Source of the DNA: Tubulanus polymorphus
Lineage: Eukaryota > Animalia > Nemertea
Direction: 5' to 3'
Assembly: GCF_964204645.1 (NCBI RefSeq)
Contig: NC_134028.1
Location: 9,300,001 to 9,364,000, forward strand
Length of the DNA: 64,000 bases
Shown here: positions 1-11,689 of the stretch, in pieces
Layout of the letters: each line of letters begins with the position of its first letter
How positions within the stretch are numbered: the stretch's first letter is position 1
Notes under the pieces: model-generated
The model's database searches: none
The model's input: the letters and a program-made list of their open reading frames with translations, nothing else
What the model was told of the DNA's origin: nothing
Translations under genes and position numbers: made by a program

Positions 1-162
1 AAAAAGAGAGGGAGGCGGGGAAGACCGCATTGTCTGGGGGAAACCAAGGGTCGCCAGCACCCGGCTATCGCTCCCAGAGTTATCGACAGATTAAGACAGT
101 TCTTTCGACCGTTCAATCGTCGTTTTTATAAAATGTCCGGTATCGATTTTTCGTGGTCGTAG
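1..162 (+). CDS. HS3ST: 3' end of a heparan sulfate 3-O-sulfotransferase paralog (partial; gene starts upstream of the window)
   Basis: Frame 1 reads [53 protein letters not shown]-stop (TAG 160-162). It aligns without gaps to the C-terminus of the 51146-51761 exon (34/53 identical by my count), including HCLGxTKGRxHP and [15 protein letters not shown] at 801-806. Confidence 0.93.
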   Translation, partial: KKRGRRGRPHCLGETKGRQHPAIAPRVIDRLRQFFRPFNRRFYKMSGIDFSWS

Positions 163-3100
163 CAACCGCGGAAACTACGTGTGACAATCCGTAACAAAAA
201 TTTGAATACAAACAAAATGGTGCTACCGTAGCCTAGCAACTAATATAAGTTACAAACGGATATATTCGAAACACACGGATTGATCATGGGTCGAGCCGGA
301 TTAGATAATATACATGTATTTATATTTTGACTTACGTAGAAGGTACTATATTGGAAGTGTTTGTGATGACGATAAAAATTTGCTCAAAAAAGATAATCAA
401 AAATTAAAGATAAACCCACAATTTAAAAAAAGAAGATATGAGAGTAGTATGACGCTTAAACTGAAGTGCTATGAGTCGTTTTCAAAACTGAAAACGGCAT
501 TTCAGTCGAATCGTCAAACTACTGTCATAGTGTTTCTTTTGAATGCTGGTTTTTCTTCAATTCAAATATAGATAGTTATCAATTGTCTTTGTAGACTAAT
601 TGATTAATTAGCACGTTATGAAATAATGATAAAAATGAACATTACGATGGATACTATTGATGTACGTAATATAACGAATCTATCGTGAGTAAATGGTAGA
701 TTATGATTTCAGTTAGAACATTGTAATCAACGTTGCCTACGTACATTGCTCGGATCGGGGTGTATACGTCTTGTATCCGACGTATTTTTTTTAAGATGTC
801 AATAAAGCCTATTTTCAATTCTCTCTTCAGTAAAAGAGAGTTTTCTAATCGACATTGTTCCCAGTTAAATAAGGTTAAATGTTTTTATATCAAATTAACA
901 ATACACTCGTCCGGAATGTATCGTAAGTTTTCAAGTTGGTAAAATAGTTTTCGCTATCAGATCTAGTCTACATAAGCAAAATTCACGAAAGACTGTGTGC
1001 GGACTGTACACCGGCCTCTATCTGGTTGAGTTGGGGTAGTTATGGGAAGTTGACCACCGTTTAATGTTTGTTGACGGCAAAGCTTTTCTATTCGAATTTC
1101 TGCGCTTGAAATTCTTATTGAATATTTCGTGGTTATGATTATTTCTATCCGTAAGCCCATCACCTTCGACCGGCTCTAAAGCGAGGAAGTAGAAATTGCG
1201 AGATGAACGTTAATGCGGTGTGATGATTTCATCTTATCAATTGAAAATCACAATTTGCTGTGAGAAGCCAATATATCGATGATTGAAAATACGTTTTTTA
1301 ATGATTTTGTAATATCTCTGCCGTATCTGTAATGGTACTGCGGTAATTGAGCTTCGGTCGCATTTAATGCTTAGTTTGATTCGAAGTAGGGTTTGGGAAA
1401 TCGATTGGGTCGCTATGAACTAAACAATCGAATCACTAACATCGTCAATAGCGCTCGTTTTACTTCCATATTTCAATGAAAATCGAAACGACTTTTCTCA
1501 TAGCCGAATCAGTTAGCAATAACTATACCCAACCATGGAGCGATAAAAACTCTTAAGCACGTTTTTTGCCTCACGTATGATGCTATCTGGATTCAGTAGC
1601 CTGAAAGGGTACAATGAAAAGACTTATCTTACCTGTGGCGTCGAATATACGGGGCGCATAGACACGTCCTCTGTTGGGATAGCCGTTAGTGTGTCGGTAC
1701 CCTTTCCTGGCGCTTATCTCTGGAATCGGGGTTTATCTCCGTAAAAACAATTAACGAATCGACTTTAAATTCAATATTGCGCTATACATTTTTCGTGAAA
1801 GAATTGATTCGTAATTCTAGTTGTTATGGGCTGGTCCATTCTTTAAGTTTTAAGTTTAAGTTTTCTCCATTTAAATAAGCTGGTAGCCTTACGATACGAT
1901 CTGGAACTAGTTCAATCGGGAATTAGCTCAATTAAAAATAATTAGAGACCGGAGGTTTTTTCGTATGTACATTTCTTTTACAAAAACGACTCCCCGGAGT
2001 CCCCACATAGAAAAACTATGTTTTTCGTTCCCATTGCTTTTACATATATAAATAGATATTATATTCTGACATTCAGTTGTGGTCATTATATATTCATTAC
2101 TTCTCTCAGGTGAAACGACGACGTGGCGGTATTGTAAAATACGAAGGTGACACTATTTTATTGACGAAACGTCGGGTAAATGATTCTTCAACGCAGCAAG
2201 AGCGTCTCCTTTGCACGAGAAAGGAAAAATAGCTTTTATTCCTACTTACATAGCGCATACAGTCGACCCTGCCTTCTGTTTAAAATCGTATTCCCAATTC
2301 CAAATAAACCTCAAGCTCTTACGGTGCATTTCATGAATTCGATAATATTGCACTTCATAACCGATGGTGAGATCGGAGAGACTAATATGTACTTTCTAAC
2401 GAGGATGTATGCCTACTGAAACCTTCGATAAAATGTTAAGCCATTGCGTGAAACCACGGAATTCGTTTAAGTGTCCATGGTGAAACTTATTATGGCTGAT
2501 ACAGGTCATACGTATTATAATCTTTCAATATGACAGCGACCAAGAGTTGGTTCATGCGCAATTTAACAGGCAAAAACGAGAGAAAATTAGTTTTTGCAAG
2601 AAGTTAACGAGCAAAAAACGATTTTTTTTGCATTGAATAGATTACGCGCGTGGCCCGTGTTAGCTACCATAGAAACGGACTAAATGGGTTTTTTTTGTGT
2701 TTAGCATGAAAATGTTCGAATGCATAGTACTCAGACTCAAAAAGACTTATTCAAAAGACGATAGATTATCATTAAATTTCATTACTTGATCATTGGGATA
2801 AGTGATGAATAAATCGATTTCATTATCATTTAGATTTTATCATTTAGTTCACTAACTACTGAAAGAAAAGACAATCGTCCTCCAGTGAAATAAAACAATG
2901 TATTTGTATTGTTACCTGCCTGTGTTGTAGCGCAAAATGATGATGATGATGATTATGATAATATTGTTGAAATTAATCGGTACATTTTGAGTCGAATTGA
3001 ATTGAGTTTTTAGTGTTTGTTGTTTCGCAATAAATAACATTTGATAGTGTTACCATTTCTTAACGTTGTTGTTTTTATGGATAGGTCGTGGGGCTCTTAA

Positions 3101-3595
3101 CTGATAAAGGTTTGTGAATGCCGTGTGCTCAAATCTCGTAAGAAGAACCATGGAGCTAGGAGTGACCACCTCCCTGGAAGAACTTACTGGAGCTTCGTGA
3201 ATATGGTCCCTGAGTTAGAAAGCTTGATCACATTTCCAATAAACTCAAGCAATGTACATGTGACAATTAGCAGAAAATTTTAAAAAAAGACGCTGGTACG
3301 TGTATTTCAGCTGAAACTTGAAACGAATGTTTTCATGACGAACATACGCATTGAGTAAAGAAGAGCCACGTGTCCACTTGTGAAATATAGGGCCTTTTTA
3401 TAAGCTTCGCCACAATTTCGTTGTTCCACAAACACAATGATGTTCTAGATCTTAGAAAAAGTAAAACAGCTTATTGCGAAAAGAAAATTTTTATACTCTT
3501 TTAGTTTTTCAACCTAGATTTTGATCTTTCTTCAGAAAATATTCAGTCCGGAATGTTTGAGCGTGGAATTTAAAAAACCCTCCAATTTGGGGGGG

Positions 3596-3714
3596 GTGTC
3601 TGGTTTCACAAACGGGGGTTAACTTTAGCATTAGGTGATGATTGGAATTGAAAATGCTTAATTCGAATTAGCAAACTAGCAAACTAACCCGAATTAGTTC
3701 GTGAAACCAGCCCC
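3596..3714. mobile_element. Short MITE, PIF/Harbinger-like termini
   Basis: Imperfect TIRs gtgtctggtttcacaaac ... gttcgtgaaaccagcccc. Related GGGGC(C)AGTT... ends occur at about 55052-55263, 15615 and 32218. Confidence 0.5.
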
Positions 3715-4041
3715 AGGATCCACCACTTAACTTGAATTCTTCGTGTTAAACGCCCCCTGGACACATAAGCGTATCACCATTTCGTATACATTGTGTTTCC
3801 TCAATAACCATGGGTGGTCATGGGTGGATGATACAGGACGAAGCCGTTGGAAGAGGTCTTTTTTAAAAAACCAACTGTTATGCGTTCACCAATCAGCTAG
3901 CTTTTATCACACAGCCGACGGATCCCGCGAACATTGATTCAGTTAGTGGTAAACTTATTAGTTAGATATATGAAATCGATAAGGAAAGTGATCGTTTGAC
4001 TAGATTTAATTTACAAGCCTTCTTTAAACCGATTATTGATC

Positions 4042-4368
4042 CGGGTCTCACTGCAGCTGCTGAGCCTAGGCCTTAAACTAATTTGTAAAATAGTAATTTA
4101 TCTGAACTAACGACTACCAAGAAGAACCACTACTCAAAAAAGTTCCATGTTATCAATGTAATTCTTAAGACTTTTAGATCGATTTTAAATCGTGTATCTT
4201 ACGGGTCTCACTGCAGCTGCTGAGTCTAAGCCTTAAACTGATTTATAAAATAGTAATTTATCCGAACTAACGACTACCAAGAAGAAGCACTACTCAACAG
4301 ATTATCCACGCATTTTATCAATGTAATTCTTAAGACTTTAAATCGCTTTTAAATCTTATAGTTTACGG
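4042..4368. repeat. Tandem duplication, about 160-bp unit x2
   Basis: cgggtctcactgcagctgctgag... starts at 4042 and again at 4202, with high identity throughout. Confidence 0.92.
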
Positions 4369-4522
4369 CTTCGTGTTAAAGTTGTTAATAAAATATCGGG
4401 TAGTTTCCATTCACCAACGGTAAAACTGATTGTAGAAATTAACCATTAAATTGATTTTCGAGTAAACTCATTTCTAAACTGTCGCGTCCGGGAAAACCTA
4501 ATTACCGCTAGTAAACGACATC

Positions 4523-4686
4523 TGACAGCAATCTGTTGCTGATCAAATCCGAGCTCGGGTTCTGTATCAACTTTAAACGGAGTTCATTTTCTCCTAATCC
4601 ACTTGTTATGTCATCTTAATCCGTACATGTCAATCACACCGGGATTAAGTCGTCTCTCGTTTAATCCCGCGGATTAACTTTTGACA
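4523..4686. promoter_or_regulatory. Candidate enhancer: five TAATCC/GGATTA (K50 homeodomain-type) sites plus TGACA/TGTCA sites
   Basis: TAATCC at 4595, 4617, 4662; GGATTA at 4642, 4671; TGACAG at about 4523, TGTCA at about 4609 and 4628, TGACA at about 4682. Confidence 0.45.
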
Positions 4687-5029
4687 CCGCGACAGAAAGT
4701 GGCTCTCAGGCGCGTTCGTAGAACTGGAAAGAGATAGTAAAGCATTGGCTGCGATGATCATCTATTTTTAAAATGCGTCTGATGTTTTTCCGTTTGAAAG
4801 ATCTACCGAGTCTCTGAGGCCTGAAGTGTAGTGCCCCTGACTGTGGGGGTGAACATCCTCTATGGAAAAGCAATAATGCCGAAATACGTACGTATGTACG
4901 TACATCACTCTTGTCTTATAAGCAAACTCTCCATTACCTGTTGCATTCTCCTGGACAGATTGTACTCAGCAACTCGTCGTTCGTTGGTCCATATCGCATG
5001 TTTGATCAAATGCATGATGTGGAAGATCC

Positions 5030-5169
5030 ATTTACCTAGCATTTGAATGTCTTGGGAGGGGGAGGGCGTTGGAGAAATCTAGCGCAGTTCTATTGGATAT
5101 ATAAATGATATTAGCAAAAAGGGCACTTTCCAAAATCCCCTGCCCCTCCCGCCGCTAGGCACAGCCCTG
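5030..5169 (+). mobile_element. hAT-like MITE remnant (family shared with about 55748-55893)
   Basis: Colinear similarity: ttacctagcatttg...gcagttctat...gcaaaaagggcacttt...gccctg in both copies. Confidence 0.55.
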
Positions 5170-6900
5170 CTTATAAACATGTGACCATGCTGAAAAGCAA
5201 CACAGCTCTGGTGGTTTCACACACTGGTTGGAATTATTCCTGTAAAAAAAACACGGGGCGGACTTTTCCCACATAGTGGAAAGAAATGTGCATCTTCGTC
5301 TGACCGGTTTCATTTAAACGTTACGTACAGCGCCCTTTTTCAGCGACAGCCTCCTTTGAATGTTCACGCTTGAACCGTCTCTATTTACCTAGATAGCGTT
5401 TACGTACGGTAGGCTGAGCCAAAGGGGAAATCGATCCGTAGTACTCAAAGTACTCAAATTCAATGGCCCACTAGTCCTCAGTGTAGCACTGATGTACTTT
5501 TTCCGCGCTGAAATCCACCGCAAAACGTATAAAACGCAAGTGTTTGTGTCGGGATGACTCGCTGTTATTTTTGAGGCCGCTTTGAACTCGTGCCCTTGTG
5601 GTTTTTAAATTAGCGGTTAATTTTCCGCATTTTTCCACGTCGATGCTCGATTCGACACGGTAATTATACGAAGCAATTTCAAAGTTATTAGTTTCCTACC
5701 GGGATTCTAAACCTATTGTTTACACACAGATCATCGCCAAACGTTAGCCAGACACACTCGCAATAAGTATTTTTCCCCATCTGTCCCCCGCAAGTAAAAA
5801 ATATCTGGAAAAAGAAGGTTACACAATTCGATATTTTCTTCCAGTAGATGCTCGATATCAAATTCACGTCGCTGTGTTCTATTGCCCATACATGGCTAGT
5901 AAGGTCTTCATACCCCTAGCGTATGATAGAAAAAAAGTGTCAAATCATATGAATACTCCTTCCATAAGAAGTAAACCACCATTGAATTCTTTCAAATCTC
6001 ATTATAAACGGCACCTTTAACATTTTATTGATAAGCTATTAAGAACATTATTGCACTCAAACCAATGATATTTTTTTCCATCAGTATCACACTTGCAGGT
6101 TCCCTCATCACCCACTGTATTTCGTAGCGAGTATCGACAACGATTTTGATGTTTTGCGTCGGGGATTCAACCAGACAGATCCTTTAGGATTTTTTTGAAT
6201 TGACGGTCCTGCTTTGTGCTGTAAATCTTCCTTGTAAAAAAATTGTGTTACTCGCAAGACTGTAGAAATAAATGAAATGAACTGAAATGTATATATATTC
6301 TCCACTCAAAATAGCTTGCAGTTTTTCAGAATTGAGCGTATATTGATATCTGTTTGATATGTATATACAATATGAATTTCAAAATCCACAAAGAACAATC
6401 AAATATCACGCCCTTTTAAAACACTCGAATGTCACTTCGGAAAGGGCTGCTCCTAGCAATCCTAATCCAATATATCGACTACAGGATTGCTCCGAGCAGA
6501 GAGGAAGGTTTTCAAACCGTCGGTGTCACGTTTTCCCCCCTTTTTGATTTTTCTCCGCCCATGAAATATCTCAAAACAAATCATTTACTCATACAATCAA
6601 TGTCTGAGTTATTTGTTTTGACACACCCTGTTTATGTTTGGTCTGAGCGGCGTTGGTTTATTTAGAATGCAATCTGATATTCATAATCTAATATCTAGCA
6701 ACCTCCACACGTTCCAATGCAAAACGATTAAACAAAAAACATACTAATATTGATCTATTGGAAACATCCGAGACGAGCTGGCTCGTATTTCACTTTATTA
6801 GCCCACAATACTTTGCTCGTTTCAACCTTTGGGTAGGTTATAGAAAAGTTGGGATTACCAAGAATTTAATAATTAATAAAAAAGCGATTATAAGCGATTT

Positions 6901-6973
6901 CGTCCGCGACAGGACTCGAACCTGCAATCTTCTGATTCGAAGTCAGACGCCTTATCCATTAGGCCACGCGGAC
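6901..6973 (-). tRNA. trnR: tRNA-Arg(TCG)
   Basis: Reverse complement GTCCGCGTGGCCTAATGGATAAGGCGTCTGACTTCGAATCAGAAGATTGCAGGTTCGAGTCCTGTCGCGGACG: 73 nt, intact cloverleaf, A and B boxes, T-run terminator downstream. Confidence 0.97.
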
Positions 6974-7315
6974 TATACTAAAAACCTGTATAGAAAAATT
7001 GTCTGGTTTTAGAATTTGGTATTTATTTTTTGGTATCTGGCAGCTTTCTACTAACATCTTGAAGTTCATCAAACACTTTCTGCATAGCTTTTCCACCCGA
7101 ACCCTGCATCACTAATCCTGGTATTGTAGTACTGCCTCTTGGAATGCTTTATAAGATTATTATAATGCAATTTGGCAGTATGGAAAATTTCGGGCTAAAG
7201 TATTTTTAAAAAAACGAAGTAGATAATTTTCAACAAAATGGTACATTCAGTCGTTCCTAGTTCCATAAAAGCATGAAAGGGCACTTTGAGTCCCTATCAA
7301 TATCAACAGTAGAAA

Positions 7316-7719
7316 GATGCATTACAACGTCATATAGCCCGTGCAAACTATCAAGCAAAAATGCATGTTCAGCATGTCCTGAATTGGTTTCTTGTAAATG
7401 CAAGACTGATTGCAGCCGCGCCAACTAAAATGCAGAAAGAATAATGTCACTTGTACATCTGCATGTGGCTGTTGCACAGGCACTTGAATATGGGCTTTGA
7501 TAATGGATAAATATTTGATAATTTACCAGCGATACGTTAATCCTACTTTAATAGATCCGCCATGTTTTAAAATAAATTTACCCATGATGCAACGCGCGCC
7601 GGTCGTTTAGCTATACTATAGTACTATACGTATCGCTGGTAAATTATCAAATATTTATCCATTATCAAAGCCCATATTCAAGTGCCTGTGGCTGTTGCCA
7701 CGAAAACTGCCTAGATAAT
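7316..7719 (+). pseudogene. Degenerate transposase C-terminus (Academ/AcademX-like, Cys-rich zinc finger), interrupted by a MITE
   Basis: Frameshifted pieces DALQRHIARANYQAKM (from 7316), SACPELVSCKCKTDCS, KCRKNNVTCTSACGCC|HENCLDN. These match, from memory, the HxxRANYQA...ELxxCxCxxxC...CxC...C motif of XPG/Cys8-type Academ proteins. Confidence 0.6.
7476..7689. mobile_element. Young foldback MITE with perfect 62-63-bp TIRs and 9-bp TSD (Mutator-like)
   Basis: 7475-7537 is the exact reverse complement of 7628-7690. GGCTGTTGC is duplicated at 7467-7475 and 7690-7698. Confidence 0.9.
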
Positions 7720-7722
7720 GAT

Positions 7723-8885
7723 AAACTAGGGGTCCAGGGACACCATGCCCACTAGGGAAGTGGTTCCAAATGCTCAACAATCTACAATTTCAATATTCCC
7801 CCTGGTGACCATATGCAAAAACCAATGACCTTGAAACTCAATACAATCATAAAACATGTCAGCAGCTACGATTTTGTAATTTATTGTGATAACAAAATAT
7901 GCCTCTTTACCAATTTAATATGGAAATACTAAGTTATTCTACTATTCAACGCCCCCTGGTGACCATATTCAAAACCCAATGACCCTGAAACTCACCACAA
8001 TCATAGAACATGTCACGAACTATAACTTTGTAATTGATCATGGTAACAAAATATGCCTAGGTACCAATATAATAAGGAGATACTAAGTTATTCTACTATT
8101 CAACGCCCCCTGGTGACCATATAGAATCACTAATGGCCTTAAAACTTGCGACAATCATAGATGATGTCATGAACTACAACTTTGCAATTGATTGTGGTTA
8201 CAAAATATGCATTGATACGAATATAATATAGAAATACTGAGATATTGTATTATTCAACGCCCCCTGGTGGCCATATACAAAAACCAATGCAATGACCTTG
8301 AAACTCACCACAATCATAGAACACGTTATGAGCTACAAGTTACTAATTGATTGTGGTAACAAAATACGCTTAAGGTATCAATATAATGTGGAAAAACTTT
8401 TTCCCACCTACGAATGAGTACTGATGACACCAAAATGGCCGCCAATTGCGTCATAATTGGCTGATCAAAAATACCTGTCTCAGGTATAAAACATCCCTTT
8501 TCAAAGATTACCCATCACAAATTGAATGAGAAATGGCAAACCAGTAGGGAGCTACAGCACTCAGAATTCGGGCCAAATTTGACATTTTTGGGCACTAAAA
8601 AGGTCATAGGACGGCCATCTTGAGTCCGACCGACCCAATTTTTGTTATGTTGATGGTCCGTGGGGGGATTCACATATATCCGAAAGATCAAGGTAATTGA
8701 TCAAAGCGTCTTCAAAATTTCCCTCAAAAAGTTAAAAAATGTGTAAAAAGTGTTGATTTTAGCTTACAACAATGGCTGACAGTCGGCCATCTTGATTCTG
8801 ACAGGGCCAGTTTTTGGGCTGAAAAGTAGTCACGAAAAGTGAACGCAATAGCCCGCTGGGACTAAAGTCCCAAGTGAGCTAAAAA
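7723..8885 (+). mobile_element. Non-autonomous Helentron-associated element (HINE-like) with internal tandem array
   Basis: Starts AAACTAGG; subterminal IR gcccactaggga (7747-7758) versus tcccaagtgagc (8868-8879); terminal hairpin gggact-aa-agtccc; ends GTGAGCTAAAAA. This is the architecture of bivalve HINE/Helitron-N elements with central repeats. Confidence 0.75.
7798..8395. repeat. 154-bp tandem array (about 4 units), each beginning with a CTCF-like motif
   Basis: CCCCCTGGTG(A/G)CCATAT starts at 7798, 7952, 8106 and 8260 (exact 154-bp period); units are similar along their whole length. Confidence 0.93.
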
Positions 8886-10139
8886 GTAAATTGCAGTTAA
8901 GGGAATATTAGTTTTACTAAAGGTTAACTTGTATCATCCCCAAGAAGTAAGGAAAATTCAAGGAATTGCCTCAGAAATGAGCTTTCATTCGACAAATTCG
9001 GTGAAAGGGTTCAAAAGATATGGGAGAAAATCTTATGGGAAAAAAAGAATTTTTTCAAATAAACGCGTATAATGTATGGTTACCATGGTGACAACGTTTA
9101 GTTATAATTTACTCGTGAACGAATATGGAATGATTTTAAAATTTTAAAGAAAAAAGATTAGATATGGTTTTAGATAAACACATCCTCAATTAATCCATTG
9201 GTTACGTCAAGAATGTGGACAAATTACGCGATTTTTCTGCAATTGCAACAATGGTTACCATTGTTGCAATTCAATTGTTAGCAAGACGTAGTAATAAGCG
9301 GCCCAATACATGGCCGAAGACTTTAGGCAAGTTTGAGTACATCTGGAATGTCACGAAAGACCCAACGCCCAAAATACCGGTACCTGACGGATGAAGAACG
9401 CAGATTTGAATTGCTGTTACCATAGAAACCAATAAACAGTTAATCCCGATATTGACCAAGTACATACGAGTTATAAGTAAGTTTAAAGAAATATCAAAAT
9501 AATCAACAAAAAACATTAACAACATCACTATTTGAGTTAATAACCTTTAAAATGAATATTTCATATGAAATTGCTATTTTCAAGTGAATATTACACGATT
9601 GTTGCTGCTGTAACTAGGTAACAAATGAATGTATGCATAAAATTAACGTTGCGCTATATGCGCTGCAATCCCCCAACTCACAGAAGGTTTAGATTGTAAA
9701 ATTACTCCAAACCTAAGATGAGATATTTGAATTATTTAGCAAAAGTAGTTTAAAGTGTATTTCCTTGCCGAATGAAAATGAAGATGTTTAAATTTCAAAA
9801 TGTCTGACTTAAGCGCCCCCTGTAGGCCAAAAAACGAAAAAATTGTAAAAGGCATCCACCACACATGATAGCCCACATACTCTGCTATCAAATGAGCCCG
9901 GATGCCAAGCTGTAACAAAAAATGCCGTGATCGTCGAATTTTAGGATAGTTTTTTAAGGTTGGCTGGCTGAATAATTGTTGCGTCACAATAATGGTCCGA
10001 GTGATGATGGTTTATTTTGAATGCAATCTGGTATTTCACTCCACGCGTTTTAATGCAAACGATTAACCGACAAACAATTATTGATCGATTGGTAATATCA
10101 GAGATGAGCTGACTCGTATCTGCCTTAATATCCCAACAA

Positions 10140-10567
10140 AAACTACAACAAACTATCGGACTATTTACACGTAGAAAACGACAAAAATATGAAAATGGAC
10201 GAAATGATCTTCAACCTTATAATATGGCTATTTCCCAAATTTCGATGTATTAAATTAGGCAGCCAAGAAAATTCACCCCAATCAGTCGCTTGTCGGTTCA
10301 GACTGAATGGAAGATTGTTTGAATGAACCGGAACCGAATTTCCAATGATACTTCGATTTAAACAAATGAATATGTAAACTCGACCGCCGATCACACTTCG
10401 ATTTCAAAATCAAACCCCCTGTTTCGCTCCCGGCAGGTGTGGTGGGTCTGTATGGGATCAATCAACAATAATGGGCTGTAAAGCCTCCAATGGATTCGTC
10501 AATTCAAAATCAAACGAAATTTACAAACCAATAAATAACAGGGAAAATCCCTTTAAGATTTAAACAA
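10140..10567 (-). mobile_element. Dispersed repeat family A, about 400 bp (other copies at about 15775-15850, 41700-41930, 53805-54140, 63040-63310 on +)
   Basis: Shared blocks on +: gtgtccctt..aaacc, gattttgaaatcggaaatcgaag, gatcggcggtcga, aaggttgaagatcatttc. This copy is absent from the paralogous tRNA-Arg flank and is bounded by aatatccca(a/g)caa at 10127 and 10568. Confidence 0.75.
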
Positions 10568-10667
10568 AATATCCCAGCAATTTGTTCGTATCAACCTTTG
10601 GGTAGATTATAGAAAAGATTCGATTATTGAGAATTCCAAGAATAAAAAAGAACCATAGGACGACTTA

Positions 10668-10740
10668 CGTCCGCGACAGGACTCGAACCTGCAATCTTCT
10701 GATTCGAAGTCAGACGCCTTATCCATTAGGCCACGCGGAC
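10668..10740 (-). tRNA. trnR: tRNA-Arg(TCG), identical to 6901-6973
   Basis: Same 73-nt sequence; A-run on + at about 10644 gives a Pol III terminator. Confidence 0.97.
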
Positions 10741-11689
10741 GATACACCGATTGGCATCGAAAAATGGTTCCAGATGGTATTGTTCCATCATCATTAACAA
10801 TGCACTTTTTCTATGATCGAGCCGTTAAGTATTGTTGCTGCAACTATTTTAAATGGTTCTATTTTTTGGTAAAAAGGTGTCCTAAATTAAGATGCACTAA
10901 TTATGGTGGGCGTTCAATCGGATAATAACGTGAAATTCTTGATATCTGCAAATGAGGATGCTAACGCCTGGACGCCAATACAAGGAAAAGCTGCGTTATG
11001 CTTTTCTCCGAAAATTCGTTTTAGTTCGTTAAAAGACAGCATTTCTTGTCTGGTAGGAAACTCATTTGCATAGGACTTGTACGAATTGCCTCGAATCAAA
11101 CACTACGATTCTGATCTAGGACGGAGGTATATATTTGAAATACGTCTGATCTCCACATCAACTCGTGATTGTGCTAACTTCCGCCCTTCCTGGAGCTGTC
11201 TGATCCCAACCAATCCAATTTTAACAGAAAACAGAAACAAATACGACTATGCAATCACCGTGTCTGGTCAACTTGAATGGATGATGCCAGAATAGATACT
11301 CTACACGTAGGCCTACCTCTAGATTATCCGATACAAAAAATATTGGTATTTCTAGCCTATACGAAGACCATATAATAGTTTGATCAATAAATTTTTATCT
11401 GAAGAACTCGCGATGGTTCGTCTTATTGATTTTCATACCCGCATTGTCATAGCAACACAAATTATGATCTTTGTGTGAAATATTTTCATGATAATTGATG
11501 TAAATGTCCAGGATCGCATTGCGAATAATCGTCGGCCAAAATTGCGAAATCAATTCGTACCAGGGAATTCTTATCAACAGGCCGCCGTGCATGTATACTG
11601 GTAAATCAGCCGACATTATTCGAGGATAGTCGGCCTAAAGGGCCCGATGGCCAATACACATGAAACAGGAAAACGAACTTTTTATGTGT

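Noticed and set aside
1626-1640. atcttacctg as a U1 snRNA 5' end
   Set aside because: No U1 body or Sm site follows; it is better read as a minus-strand splice donor.
6758-7012. ORFs 6758-7012 and 14539-14793
   Set aside because: They run antisense across tRNA genes; the peptides (RTRTCNLLIRSQTPYPLGH, ARPGVELGTSRTLSENHTTRPTS) are tRNA translation artefacts.
7798-8395. Regularly spaced repeats as a CRISPR array
   Set aside because: Units are similar over their whole 154 bp (no unique spacers), there are no cas genes, and the DNA is eukaryotic.
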